From positions 1 through 29,254 of IMG/VR virus record IMGVR_UViG_3300030333_001118: a stretch of 29,254 nt of DNA; one strand, given 5' to 3'. The notes below the pieces were generated by a model. That model did no database searches, was not told the DNA's origin, and saw nothing but the letters and a program-made list of their open reading frames with translations. Shown here piece by piece: positions 7,445 through 16,747 of this stretch. This stretch comes from a virus. Taxonomy: Duplodnaviria > Caudoviricetes. A program made the translations under genes and the position numbers. Every line of letters starts with the position of its first letter. Position 1 is the stretch's first letter.

Positions 7445-7848
7445 GCTATGCTGTGTGGTATTGGTTTTTTCAACCCGATTCACACGAACAATTAATCCTC
7501 CCCTACTCATGCTTAAACCCCATCACTCGAAAACTTAGGGATTATAATACAATAGATGATATTTGGGAAACAGTTAAAGATGTGGTTGATGCTCATGATC
7601 CAAAGCGAACACTTGGACAGGAGTTATATTACCTTGTGCCACTTTTTGCAAATCCTAAATATATATTGGATGAGTCTTATTTTGCTTATATCAATGAATA
7701 TCACTATGTCAAAGATTACCATATCCCACTTGGAAAAACACTTAATCAAACTGATGCAATTAAACTTGATTACTTTACTATTATTAAGAATGAACTTGCA
7801 TCAGCAGTAAGGCATAAACAGGAAAAAGATGGCAGATCAAAGAGTTAA
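7441..7848 (+). CDS. Tail assembly chaperone extension (gpT analogue), probably expressed as a fusion
   Basis: In -1 frame relative to 7160; only a TTG start; directly precedes tape measure. Confidence 0.65.
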   Translation: MSYAVWYWFFQPDSHEQLILPYSCLNPITRKLRDYNTIDDIWETVKDVVDAHDPKRTLGQELYYLVPLFANPKYILDESYFAYINEYHYVKDYHIPLGKTLNQTDAIKLDYFTIIKNELASAVRHKQEKDGRSKS

Positions 7849-9313
7849 TATAAAAGTATCAGCACAGGGTGCTAAAAAAGCACAGAAGGATATTGGTGGA
7901 TTAGATGGTTCTATTAAAAAACTTGGTAGAAGTGTTTTAAATGCCTCTGTCGCTTATTTTGGTACTTCTGGACTTATTAATGGAATAATGAAATCAGCAG
8001 AACTTGCAGGTATTCAAGAACAAGCTGAGAAACAGCTAGAATTTGCACTAGGTAGAACATCACAGGCACTACTAGACCAAGCATCTGCCCTTCAAATGAC
8101 TACTAGGTTTGGAGATGAGGCTACAATAGCACAGATGGGATTTTTAGCATCAATCGGATTTACTGAGGAAAAAATAAAAGAAATAATCCCTGTTGCTATG
8201 GATTTAGCAGAGGCTACAGGTATGAGTCTGGAATCAGCAGTAAGAAATACAGCTAAGACATTTAGTGGTATGGCAGGGGAGTTAGGTGAATTAGTTCCTC
8301 AAATTAGAGATTTAACTGCTGAACAAATGAAAGCAGGAGATGCTGTTAGGGTAATGGGCGAATTATTTGAAGGACAAGCATCTGCACAAGCTAATACTTA
8401 TGCAGGTTCTGTTGATCAATTAAAAAACGAACTTGGTGATATGGCAGAAGATATAGGTACAATAGTAATTCCTGTATTTGAAACATTAGCACCACATCTA
8501 AAAACTGCGATTAAATTTTGGCAAGAGTATCTAAATGTGGGTGAAAAAACATCTGAGCAAACTTCTCAATATGATGTAGAAATTCAATCATTAACTGATT
8601 CAATTAAATTTCAAACAGAGGCTATACAGGGGTTAGGTGCTACAGGAATGGAATTAAATGGCTCTACAGAAAGACATAATCAGTTAAGAAGAAGAGCCTT
8701 TGATCAAGGAAGAGGCTTAGTAGAACAAATGCACCACGAACTTGATATGATAAGTAAATTAATTAAAGAAAGAGATGAATTAATTGAACTTAAAAATGAA
8801 GAATTAAAAAAAGGAAATGAGACTGTTAAGGTAAATAATGATATTGCAAAATCGTTAGATGTTATAAAGGATGCAAATAAAAGCAATACTGAGCAATCTA
8901 AATTAGCTAAAATGGCTGAAGATGAAAGATTTGTAACAAGTTTATCTGGTGCTAGAAATTTAATTAAATCATTACTTGCTGAAGCTACAGCTAGATTGAT
9001 TGCTAGAGAAATGGGAAAGGGGCTTATAGGATTAATTACAGGTTCAGCAGGTGCAATAGCTGTCGCTAGTTTATTTGATCAAGCAGTACCAAAGTTTGCA
9101 CAGGGTGGTATAGTTCAAGGTGATCCAAGTAGAGGTGATGTTGTTCCTGTGATGGCTACAGCAGGAGAGTTGATTTTAAATCAAGCACAGCAAGAAAATT
9201 TAGTGGCGAATAGTGGTATAACAATTAATATATCAGCACCACTTGTAGATGAAACAGTAGTTGATTCTATAATACCTGCTATAGAACGAGCAAAAAGTTT
9301 AGGTACTGCATGA
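7829..9313 (+). CDS. Tail tape measure protein (short, 494 aa)
   Basis: VNIKVSAQG N-terminus, helical Ala-rich core (AMDLAEATGMSLESA), C-terminal FAQGGIV..GELILN. Confidence 0.9.
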   Translation: MADQRVNIKVSAQGAKKAQKDIGGLDGSIKKLGRSVLNASVAYFGTSGLINGIMKSAELAGIQEQAEKQLEFALGRTSQALLDQASALQMTTRFGDEATIAQMGFLASIGFTEEKIKEIIPVAMDLAEATGMSLESAVRNTAKTFSGMAGELGELVPQIRDLTAEQMKAGDAVRVMGELFEGQASAQANTYAGSVDQLKNELGDMAEDIGTIVIPVFETLAPHLKTAIKFWQEYLNVGEKTSEQTSQYDVEIQSLTDSIKFQTEAIQGLGATGMELNGSTERHNQLRRRAFDQGRGLVEQMHHELDMISKLIKERDELIELKNEELKKGNETVKVNNDIAKSLDVIKDANKSNTEQSKLAKMAEDERFVTSLSGARNLIKSLLAEATARLIAREMGKGLIGLITGSAGAIAVASLFDQAVPKFAQGGIVQGDPSRGDVVPVMATAGELILNQAQQENLVANSGITINISAPLVDETVVDSIIPAIERAKSLGTA

Positions 9314-11430
9314 GCTTAACGCTATCAAGTAAATGGACTGAAAAAACAGTATTAAAAGAAAATTGGTTATTTCAATTATTCTATGATGATGAAAGTGCTA
9401 CTGATTTTTTTGGAGTTAGTTATTATGATACAACTGTTACAAGTGTAAACTACAGGGGATGTGTTTTAAATAAAGCCACTATCAGAGAGTCAATTAATCT
9501 CGAAACTTCAACAGCTAAAACATCAAATGTATCAGTAACTCTAGCCAACTTTATTGATGGGAATGGCACACATTTTTCAAGGCAGTTACTAAATGGTACA
9601 AATAAATATATAAATAGAACTGTTAAAATATTTATACAACCAGATGATGATGTTGATATAGCTGATTGTGTGCAGATATATAATGGTAGATTAGAGCAAA
9701 TATCTCACACAGTAGATAAAATAAATTTATCTATTGTTGCCAAGAGAGTTTGGGATAAGATTTCTATACCAACTTTAAAAACTTCAAGCTCAGATAATGA
9801 TAATATATATTTCCCTGTAGCCTATGGTGATTACACAGGGAATAGTGAGGGTGCTACAACAGGGAAAGATTTAAGACCTATCCCATTTGTTCAGACTATG
9901 CACGATGGAAAGGTTTTTGCATCCTCTATAGAATCAAGCACAGGAGATGCTCATGTTCATGTTTATAATAGAAATAAAGATGCTTTTTTAAGAGCAAATG
10001 AAACATCATCTAATAATATAAATAAGTTAGGTGGATTTGTTACTGAATTAAGAGATAATGGAAAGAGATATATGAATATCCATCCATTTGAGGCTAGGGA
10101 TTCTGATTCAGGATCGCCCTTTAATGGTGAGAGTGGTGTGGCAACATTTAACAATGAAGAAAATGCCATAGATGGTAATTCTGGTACTTATGCTACTGAA
10201 TCATTTAGTGTATCTGGGGGAAGTGGAGATACAGACATTACCTATATGTATTTGAATATGCCTAAATTAGATTTTGGAAGTATTGTAGATGACACTACCT
10301 CAATGAGAATTTTTATCACTTATAAAATTGAAAACTTTACTAATTCTGGTAATGTTAAATTATTTGGAAAATTTGAAGGTGATAGTCCGGGTGTTAATGA
10401 TAATGCTGATGCTGTTTTATTTGCAACTCATACTGCAAACACATCTGATACTCAAGAAGATGTTAGGGTTTTTGTAGATACATCAAGCTATCCACAATAT
10501 ATATTAATAAAAGTAAAAGCAAATGAGGATTCAGTTGGTGGTCAGACATTTAGCTGTGATCTTTCCATATCAGATGTTTTTTTAAGAGTATTATTTAAAG
10601 ATTCAGATGAAACATTCAAAGATATAAACATGGCATATACAGGTGAAGATGGTTTAAAAGATAATGGATGGAACAGTAACGCAGATATTACTGAGATACA
10701 TGAGGCACATAGAGACTTACTTACAAGGTTTACATCTTACTCTGGAACTCCAACAAATTGGAGTAGTGGATTAAATATAAATAGTGTCAGAAATTGGAAA
10801 ATAAGATATTGGATTTTAGAGTCCACTCCCTTAATTAATATTTTAGAAAGGTTAGCTTTTGAAGGGGGTTTTATTGGTAGATTTAATGGGCAGGGTGATT
10901 TTCAATACATCTTTATCCCTAATTCACCATCAGCTAGTGCAACACTTACAGATTCAGATATAACAGACTTAGATATATCTAGCACACCTGTTAATTCATT
11001 AACTACAAAAATGCAGATAGAATACGAAAAACATCCTGCTGAAGATAAATACATTAATAGTGCAACATCTGCATCTGATGATGATGCTACATTATTATCT
11101 AATTTTAATATCGCATCTAATGAAAATCAAAAAACCATAAAACTAGATGCGTATGTAAGTCCAACAATACCTACAAGTCCATCATCAAATAAAAATGATG
11201 ATTTTTATAGTTATTATGACCATATACTTGGTCAGCCAAGAATTATTATAAGTTTTACAGTTGTAAATACAAAATATTTAGGCTTAGATGTTGGTGATAT
11301 AATAGCAATAAATTTTAATAGCGTTGTATTACCATTTGCAGGTTCAACAGGATGGGATGATTATAAATTTATGATAACAGATTTACAAAGATCAGCAGGT
11401 TCTTTAAAGATTACAGCTAGGGAGATATAA
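9310..11430 (+). CDS. Tail tip / baseplate hub protein with inserted domains
   Basis: 706 aa following tape measure; FPVAYGD and LDVGDII motifs typical of hub/tip proteins. Confidence 0.65.
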   Translation: MSLTLSSKWTEKTVLKENWLFQLFYDDESATDFFGVSYYDTTVTSVNYRGCVLNKATIRESINLETSTAKTSNVSVTLANFIDGNGTHFSRQLLNGTNKYINRTVKIFIQPDDDVDIADCVQIYNGRLEQISHTVDKINLSIVAKRVWDKISIPTLKTSSSDNDNIYFPVAYGDYTGNSEGATTGKDLRPIPFVQTMHDGKVFASSIESSTGDAHVHVYNRNKDAFLRANETSSNNINKLGGFVTELRDNGKRYMNIHPFEARDSDSGSPFNGESGVATFNNEENAIDGNSGTYATESFSVSGGSGDTDITYMYLNMPKLDFGSIVDDTTSMRIFITYKIENFTNSGNVKLFGKFEGDSPGVNDNADAVLFATHTANTSDTQEDVRVFVDTSSYPQYILIKVKANEDSVGGQTFSCDLSISDVFLRVLFKDSDETFKDINMAYTGEDGLKDNGWNSNADITEIHEAHRDLLTRFTSYSGTPTNWSSGLNINSVRNWKIRYWILESTPLINILERLAFEGGFIGRFNGQGDFQYIFIPNSPSASATLTDSDITDLDISSTPVNSLTTKMQIEYEKHPAEDKYINSATSASDDDATLLSNFNIASNENQKTIKLDAYVSPTIPTSPSSNKNDDFYSYYDHILGQPRIIISFTVVNTKYLGLDVGDIIAINFNSVVLPFAGSTGWDDYKFMITDLQRSAGSLKITAREI

Positions 11431-12189
11431 ATGGCTAAGAAATTTTATTATGATTCAGTAAATATATTAAATGCAACCATAACAGAGGGAGATCATAATC
11501 CTTCAGATGGTGCTTTTACTGCATCATCTACAGATATAACTAATGAACACGCAATAGCAGATCAGTCCTTGAGTTTAGCTGTAACAAGTATGGGGGATGA
11601 AGAAACACTAAGGATTGATTTTGGTTCAAATGTTACAGTAACTGATATATTAAGCTATAATAACTCCACAACACAGGAAGAAGATAATTTAGCGTGGTAT
11701 TATAATAGTGCAGGTACTAATGTCGGTACATTATTTGGATCAAATGATCAGTTTCCACCCGGTTGGGATTTGGTAAGTGCATCATCTCAAACTGCTAGAT
11801 ATTGGTATGCTCGTTCCGTTCATGCTGATTATGCAGGTTTAGCAGAAGTTATTATGGGTGTTCCTTTAGAATTTGAAAATGAGCCAGATATAGGTATAAC
11901 TACACAGGAAATATTTGCTACAGATTTGAATACTAGCTATGGTGGTGTAGAATATGCTAATAAAAGACACGAACCTAAAACGACATTTCAATTAAACTTT
12001 AGTAATATATCACAAACATTTAAAAACAATCTGGTCAGCTTTGAGCAGGATGTAACTAACTTTAAAAAATTCGTGTACTATGATGATTCTAGTTATCATT
12101 ATGTACGCTTAGACTCACCTATTAAATTCACAGAAGTAGCCTTCCAGAGATTTAGTGCCTCTTTAAAATTAAGAGAACAACTCAGTTAA
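11431..12189 (+). CDS. Minor tail protein, possibly distal-tail (Dit/gpM-like) C-terminus with N-terminal beta domain
   Basis: TSYGGVEY..TTFQLNF..FVYYD..YVRL..FSASLKLREQL pattern; last gene of the late block. Confidence 0.5.
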   Translation: MAKKFYYDSVNILNATITEGDHNPSDGAFTASSTDITNEHAIADQSLSLAVTSMGDEETLRIDFGSNVTVTDILSYNNSTTQEEDNLAWYYNSAGTNVGTLFGSNDQFPPGWDLVSASSQTARYWYARSVHADYAGLAEVIMGVPLEFENEPDIGITTQEIFATDLNTSYGGVEYANKRHEPKTTFQLNFSNISQTFKNNLVSFEQDVTNFKKFVYYDDSSYHYVRLDSPIKFTEVAFQRFSASLKLREQLS

Positions 12190-12203
12190 TATATTACGCT
12201 ACC

Positions 12204-12270
12204 AATAACCCATGATGTAATGAATCCTGTCTATCGTTACATTGTGGGTTATTTTTATTTTATTTATTTT
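12204..12270 (+). terminator. Rho-independent terminator ending the late/tail operon
   Basis: 20-bp stem 12204-12223/12234-12253 (three G-U pairs, no mismatch), 10-nt loop, T-rich tract follows. Confidence 0.8.
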
Positions 12271-12303
12271 CTTGCATCTGAACTTGCTTATAGCGATACT
12301 CTA

Positions 12304-12418
12304 GGTGATGATAACATTAAAATACAATAATTTAGAGACTACCGAGGGCAACACCAAACCCTGTTCTGGGGAAATGTTATCATCTCCCTCGGTGTCTCAT
12401 ATAAAGGATGATAACATG
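12304..12418 (+). promoter_or_regulatory. Structured leader of the first early gene
   Basis: GATGATAACAT at 12307 and 12407, its reverse complement at 12374; stem 12335-12348/12386-12398. Confidence 0.6.
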
Positions 12419-12688
12419 AAAACACAAATACACTTTAATAAAAATGAAACTAGCATAATAGTTTCAATTCTTGTTCAAAAGATGGGAGCAAGTGTAAAAG
12501 AAACAGAAGATAGTTCAATACTTCCAAACCTTTTAAAAAATAGGGAATTAGAGGTCATTAAGTGGATTAAACAAATACCACAAAAAGCAATAACAAAATT
12601 CAATATTGAAAAAGATATTGATTCAGTTATTGAAAAGCTAATAAAAGCCAATGCAATTAATGACAATATTTCTCAAGGGGGTAAGTAG
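12416..12688 (+). CDS. Hypothetical early protein (90 aa)
   Basis: SD AAAGGA at 12403-12408 before ATG 12416; ORF-track start 12305 runs through the structured leader. Confidence 0.65.
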   Translation: MKTQIHFNKNETSIIVSILVQKMGASVKETEDSSILPNLLKNRELEVIKWIKQIPQKAITKFNIEKDIDSVIEKLIKANAINDNISQGGK

Positions 12689-12689
12689 G

Positions 12690-12911
12690 ATGGATTATAA
12701 AAAACTTATCTTAAAAGGTATGGGAAAATCTAAGGTTAGAACCATAGTAAAAAAATGGATCATAGAACAATCAAACATAGCTTTAGAATATGGAGATACT
12801 ATTTCAATTCCTAGTTACTCTACTGTTTCTGGTTTTGGATTACCAGACTTAGGCGAAGATGATGATTTTTGCTTTGGTGATTTAACAGATTTTCTAAACA
12901 ATAAAATATAG
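12690..12911 (+). CDS. Hypothetical early protein (73 aa)
   Basis: ATG 12690 after AGGGGGTAAGTA; acidic C-terminus. Confidence 0.6.
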   Translation: MDYKKLILKGMGKSKVRTIVKKWIIEQSNIALEYGDTISIPSYSTVSGFGLPDLGEDDDFCFGDLTDFLNNKI

Positions 12912-12925
12912 GGGGTAAGTAATAA

Positions 12926-13384
12926 ATGATTAAATACATACTGAATCTATTTTCTAGTGATAGGTTAGCAGATGGTGATGACCGAAATGCAGTCATCGAG
13001 TTGCTTGGGCAACCATCCAAAACTAAAAGTAGCCATCAAAAGGTATGTTCTGAGAGGGTTGGGACTGCTATAACCTTCTTGTGTTCGGGCTCATCGGACT
13101 TCGCACCCAAAGAGTCTGTTCTTTTTGGTCTCAACTCTCTCTCCAATTTGGTAAAATCCAGATTAGGAATAATAAGATTTTTAGCAACAGGTGAGATGGG
13201 TGATTTAAGTACAAAGCAAATGGCAGAACTGTTTGATGAAATAGATAACCAAGTGGAGAAACTAGAGGATGATGTCAATAACTACATTAAAGAGTCTGGC
13301 AGACTTTCAAAGCAGACACAAGAAAATAGTAGGATGCACAGACAAAGAGTATCAGATAATTTTGATGATTTTGAAGAAGTATAA
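12926..13384 (+). CDS. Hypothetical protein with coiled-coil C-terminus; 5' half overlaps RNA-like stems
   Basis: 152-aa ORF after second AGGGGGTAAGTA; true start uncertain. Confidence 0.55.
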   Translation: MIKYILNLFSSDRLADGDDRNAVIELLGQPSKTKSSHQKVCSERVGTAITFLCSGSSDFAPKESVLFGLNSLSNLVKSRLGIIRFLATGEMGDLSTKQMAELFDEIDNQVEKLEDDVNNYIKESGRLSKQTQENSRMHRQRVSDNFDDFEEV

Positions 13385-13469
13385 AAAATTAATAGAAACA
13401 AAATCTGTAATAGATCAAGATATTGAGATTAAAGATTTGGAAGATTTAGTAGGATCATTAGATGGATAA
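13365..13469 (+). CDS. Possible 34-aa hypothetical protein
   Basis: 3' part of ORF 13269..13469 fills the gap and overlaps ATG 13462. Confidence 0.35.
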   Translation: MILKKYKKLIETKSVIDQDIEIKDLEDLVGSLDG

Positions 13470-13692
13470 TGTAAACCACGATTTTGATTATCACGCAGAA
13501 ATAAGATATGAGACTGAGCATGGATTTGCTTTTACAAGTGCTATGGGAAATACTGAACAAGAAGTTGCAGACGATATTAAATTAAGATTCAAAAAATACA
13601 AAGATAGACAACCATATTTAGATGTAGTAATATATAAACCAAACCAATTAAACAGATATGTTACTCGCAAGATTAGAAAGCTTTTGAAATGA
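13462..13692 (+). CDS. Hypothetical protein
   Basis: 76-aa ORF, AGGA upstream. Confidence 0.65.
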   Translation: MDNVNHDFDYHAEIRYETEHGFAFTSAMGNTEQEVADDIKLRFKKYKDRQPYLDVVIYKPNQLNRYVTRKIRKLLK

Positions 13693-13724
13693 AGTTAAAA
13701 CCACACATACTAAAGGAGTTGATC

Positions 13725-13838
13725 ATGGATTTTATTTGGGATTTAATCGAATATGTAATGTATTGGATTCAAAGAATAGCACCATATTTTATATCATTCT
13801 GGTTGGGATTTATTTTTAACCAACTACTAAGACTTTAA
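13725..13838 (+). CDS. Small aromatic-rich membrane peptide (37 aa), not in ORF track
   Basis: SD AAGGAG; MDFIWDLIEYVMYWIQRIAPYFISFWLGFIFNQLLRL. Confidence 0.6.
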   Translation: MDFIWDLIEYVMYWIQRIAPYFISFWLGFIFNQLLRL

Positions 13839-13860
13839 TTAACAAACATAGGAGAGGAAT

Positions 13861-14493
13861 ATGGCTTTTGAAATAAAAAAAGACCTACATCTTAATACAG
13901 GTATTTATTTGAAGTTACTTGATGATCCAACAAACGCTGTGATCACTCAAGATAATTTTCAGAATGATAGATACACTATCCCCATTGAAATGGTGGGGCA
14001 TGATATTACCGATGGTTCTGGAGTGAAATGGTTTCAGAACTCTGAAGGTAATTGGGTAGAGCTTAAAATTGGTAAATCAACTGATTTTGAGTTTAGTGGT
14101 GCATTGTATAATAAGTTAGCAGGACATAAGTCTGGCAGTACAGTACAGATTATGTTGAAAGAGATGGAAGGGAAGAATGGTAAGTATGCAGGATGGACTG
14201 TTACACCCATGAATGGGGCATCAGAACCATCAAATAACGCTGAAAAACCCCCTAAATCGAGCGTTTTTCCTAAAACCAATACTAACTATGGCATCACTTG
14301 GGGAATGTGCATTAATAACGCTACACAGATAGTAATGAAACAAGGCATAGATGGTAATTCTGATATAGGTGAGCAAGTTGAACAGATAGCTAGGGAACTG
14401 ATGGAAGTGGCTGTAGATGGATTAGCTAGGTGGGAACAAACCCATAATCAAAAAGATCAAAATGATAAACCTAATGATGGGTTGCCTTTTTGA
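13861..14493 (+). CDS. Putative single-stranded DNA-binding protein
   Basis: Beta-rich N-terminus, flexible linker, C-terminal NDGLPF resembling the SSB tail; SD AGGAGAGG. Confidence 0.6.
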   Translation: MAFEIKKDLHLNTGIYLKLLDDPTNAVITQDNFQNDRYTIPIEMVGHDITDGSGVKWFQNSEGNWVELKIGKSTDFEFSGALYNKLAGHKSGSTVQIMLKEMEGKNGKYAGWTVTPMNGASEPSNNAEKPPKSSVFPKTNTNYGITWGMCINNATQIVMKQGIDGNSDIGEQVEQIARELMEVAVDGLARWEQTHNQKDQNDKPNDGLPF

Positions 14494-14840
14494 AAAAAAC
14501 CTTGATTAAAAAGTTGGATACTGCTTGGTCAAATAGAATCAAGCAGTTTGGGATGTGTGAGGTTTGTGGTAAAACCAAAATTTTAAATGCACATCATTTT
14601 CATGGAAGAAGGTGCTACTCAGTTAGATGGGATATAGATAATGGATTCTGCTTATGTGTGGGGTGTCATAAGTTTAGTCCAAAATTCTCAGCACATGAAA
14701 CACCTGCTGAGTTTGTTACATGGGCAATAGAGCAACGAGGTCAGAAGTGGTATGATGAATTATTAGTTAAAAAGAACACCCCTAAAAAATATATAGATGC
14801 TGATTACAATGATATAATGGAGATATTACTAGGTGAATAA
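14490..14840 (+). CDS. ninG: NinG/Rap-like HNH-type recombination endonuclease
   Basis: KKLDTAWS..CEVCG..NAHHF..VRWDIDNG..LCVGCH. Confidence 0.75.
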   Translation: MKKTLIKKLDTAWSNRIKQFGMCEVCGKTKILNAHHFHGRRCYSVRWDIDNGFCLCVGCHKFSPKFSAHETPAEFVTWAIEQRGQKWYDELLVKKNTPKKYIDADYNDIMEILLGE

Positions 14841-15288
14841 TTTTTATCAATCTTTGGAAGTAGGAAAGCAATCAGAGAAAATCGTTTTAAATCGCATTAA
14901 AAACAAATACCCTAGTGCTTATATCAAAGATGGATATTTTAAAGATTTTGATATATTTATACCCGAAATAGATACATCTGTAGAGGTTAAGAAGGATTTT
15001 AAATCACAATATACAGGAAATGTTGTAGTTGAAATATTAATGAATGGTGAACCATCTGCATTAAGCACTACCAAAGCAGATTGGTGGGTATTTCATTTGG
15101 ATGACAGTACATTTATCTGGATCAGACCAGAGCAAATAAAAGATATGATACACAGGGAAAAATTTGAGCCTGTTAGATTTGTTGGTAAAGGTGATTATGC
15201 TTATAAAGTAGCATATTTAGTTAAGAAAGATTATTTGTATGTTTATGGTAGGAATATGAATGTATATCAAGAGTCTTATGTAAAATGA
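14833..15288 (+). CDS. PD-(D/E)XK family nuclease
   Basis: GKQSE..FDIF..VEVKKD..TGNVVVE..TTKADWW. Confidence 0.75.
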   Translation: MNNFYQSLEVGKQSEKIVLNRIKNKYPSAYIKDGYFKDFDIFIPEIDTSVEVKKDFKSQYTGNVVVEILMNGEPSALSTTKADWWVFHLDDSTFIWIRPEQIKDMIHREKFEPVRFVGKGDYAYKVAYLVKKDYLYVYGRNMNVYQESYVK

Positions 15289-15899
15289 ACACATTAGAAT
15301 TATTTGCAGGTTCTAGGTCATTCAGTAAAGTAGCTGAAGAATTAGGTCATAATATATATACAACTGATTCAGAACCATTTGATAAGATTGATGTAGTATG
15401 TGATATATTTGATTTTAGTCCTTATAAATTACCTTATAGACCAGATATTATCTGGGCAAGTCCACCATGTACCTTTTTTAGTGTAGCTAGTATAGGTAAG
15501 CATTGGAATAAAGACCATACACCTAAAACAGAACAAGCAAAATTGGGTTTACATATAATCAGAAGAACTATACTTATCATTGAAGTATTAAAACCTAAAT
15601 ATTATTATATTGAAAATCCTAGAGGTAAGCTCAGAAAACTAAGTATAATGAACAGAACAGAGAAAAGAAATACTGTTTGGTATTGTAAGTATGGTGATAC
15701 AAGAGCAAAACCCACAGACATCTGGACTAATGATTTTAATTGGATTCCAAGAAACCCATGCTATAATGGTAATAAAGATTGCCATCATCAACCTGCACCA
15801 AGAGGTAGCCAAACAGGTACACAGGGTTTAAAGAACGCTTATGAAAAATCTAAGATACCACCAGAATTATTTTATGAGATATTGGAAAATAAAAAATGA
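15285..15899 (+). CDS. Compact DNA (cytosine-5) methyltransferase
   Basis: Motif I LELFAG, catalytic motif IV SPPC, motif VI IENP. Confidence 0.85.
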   Translation: MNTLELFAGSRSFSKVAEELGHNIYTTDSEPFDKIDVVCDIFDFSPYKLPYRPDIIWASPPCTFFSVASIGKHWNKDHTPKTEQAKLGLHIIRRTILIIEVLKPKYYYIENPRGKLRKLSIMNRTEKRNTVWYCKYGDTRAKPTDIWTNDFNWIPRNPCYNGNKDCHHQPAPRGSQTGTQGLKNAYEKSKIPPELFYEILENKK

Positions 15900-16747
15900 G
15901 TAATGGTTGGATAAAACTGCATCGCAAGACTCTGGATAATCCCATAGTGATGAAAGACACAGATCATCTTGCTGTCTGGATGTGGTTACTATTAAATGCT
16001 ACTCACTCTGATTATGACACCATATATGAAGGGGAAAGAGTTACACTAAAAGCAGGTCAATTTATTACAGGCAGAAAGATTATATCTAAGGAATTAAAAA
16101 TCAATGAGAGTAAAATACAACGAATTTTAAAAACCTTTGAAAGTGAACAACAGATTGAACAACAAACAAATCCCCGATGTCGCTTAATATCAATACTTAG
16201 GTGGACAGACTATCAGCTAGATGAACAACAAAGTGAACAACAAGTGAACAACAAACGAACACTAAACAATAAGAATAAGAAGAATAATAATAATATATAT
16301 GTTCAAGAGTTTGAAGAATTATGGTCATTAGTACCTAAGAAGGTCAATAAAAAGAAGTCCTATCAAAAGTATTTAATCGTTATTAAGAAAGTAGATCACA
16401 ACACGATTTACACATCTTTTAAAAACCAAGTTTTAAATAATTGGAAAGATACTGATCCACAGTTTACCCCTGCTTTAAATGTTTGGCTAAATGGTGAACG
16501 ATGGGAAGATGTTATTATTAAGCCTACTGCTAAAAACAATAAAAAAGCGTTTAAGAAGATGCAATCTGGTATGTATCGTGGTTATTGTGAGAAGTGTGGT
16601 GATGATATGTTTTTACACAGTAAGCGTGATTTTTATATCAGTTCTAATTGTTGTGGGGTAGATATAGTAAGTGAAAAACCCAAGATAGATAAATCTCAAG
16701 ATTTTACAAAAGAAACATATAATAAATTGATGGGTAGTCAGATATGA
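15896..16747 (+). CDS. Replication initiator / replisome organiser
   Basis: GWIKLHRK N-terminus, LKAGQFITGR, HTH, low-complexity linker, FEELW..PKK..WLNGERWED, C-terminal CxxC..CC. Confidence 0.85.
   Translation: MSNGWIKLHRKTLDNPIVMKDTDHLAVWMWLLLNATHSDYDTIYEGERVTLKAGQFITGRKIISKELKINESKIQRILKTFESEQQIEQQTNPRCRLISILRWTDYQLDEQQSEQQVNNKRTLNNKNKKNNNNIYVQEFEELWSLVPKKVNKKKSYQKYLIVIKKVDHNTIYTSFKNQVLNNWKDTDPQFTPALNVWLNGERWEDVIIKPTAKNNKKAFKKMQSGMYRGYCEKCGDDMFLHSKRDFYISSNCCGVDIVSEKPKIDKSQDFTKETYNKLMGSQI
16144..16300. repeat. Iteron array plus AT-rich tract: putative replication origin
   Basis: TGAACAACA at 16144, 16156, 16222, 16234 and 16245, followed by AATAAGAATAAGAAGAATAATAATAATATATAT, inside the initiator gene as in lambda O. 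Confidence 0.7.

Noticed and set aside
12272-12312. Sigma-70 early promoter (TTGCAT or TTGCTT after an AT-rich tract)
   Set aside because: Plausible location, but the -10 candidates (GATACT, GATGAT) are too weak to call
12371-12384. GAAATGTTAT resembles half of a Zur/Fur-family box
   Set aside because: No adjacent inverted half-site with proper spacing; better explained by pairing with the GATGATAACAT copies
16144-16253. Short repeats as a CRISPR-like array
   Set aside because: 9-bp units with 2-3 nt or irregular spacing inside the initiator gene; these fit iterons
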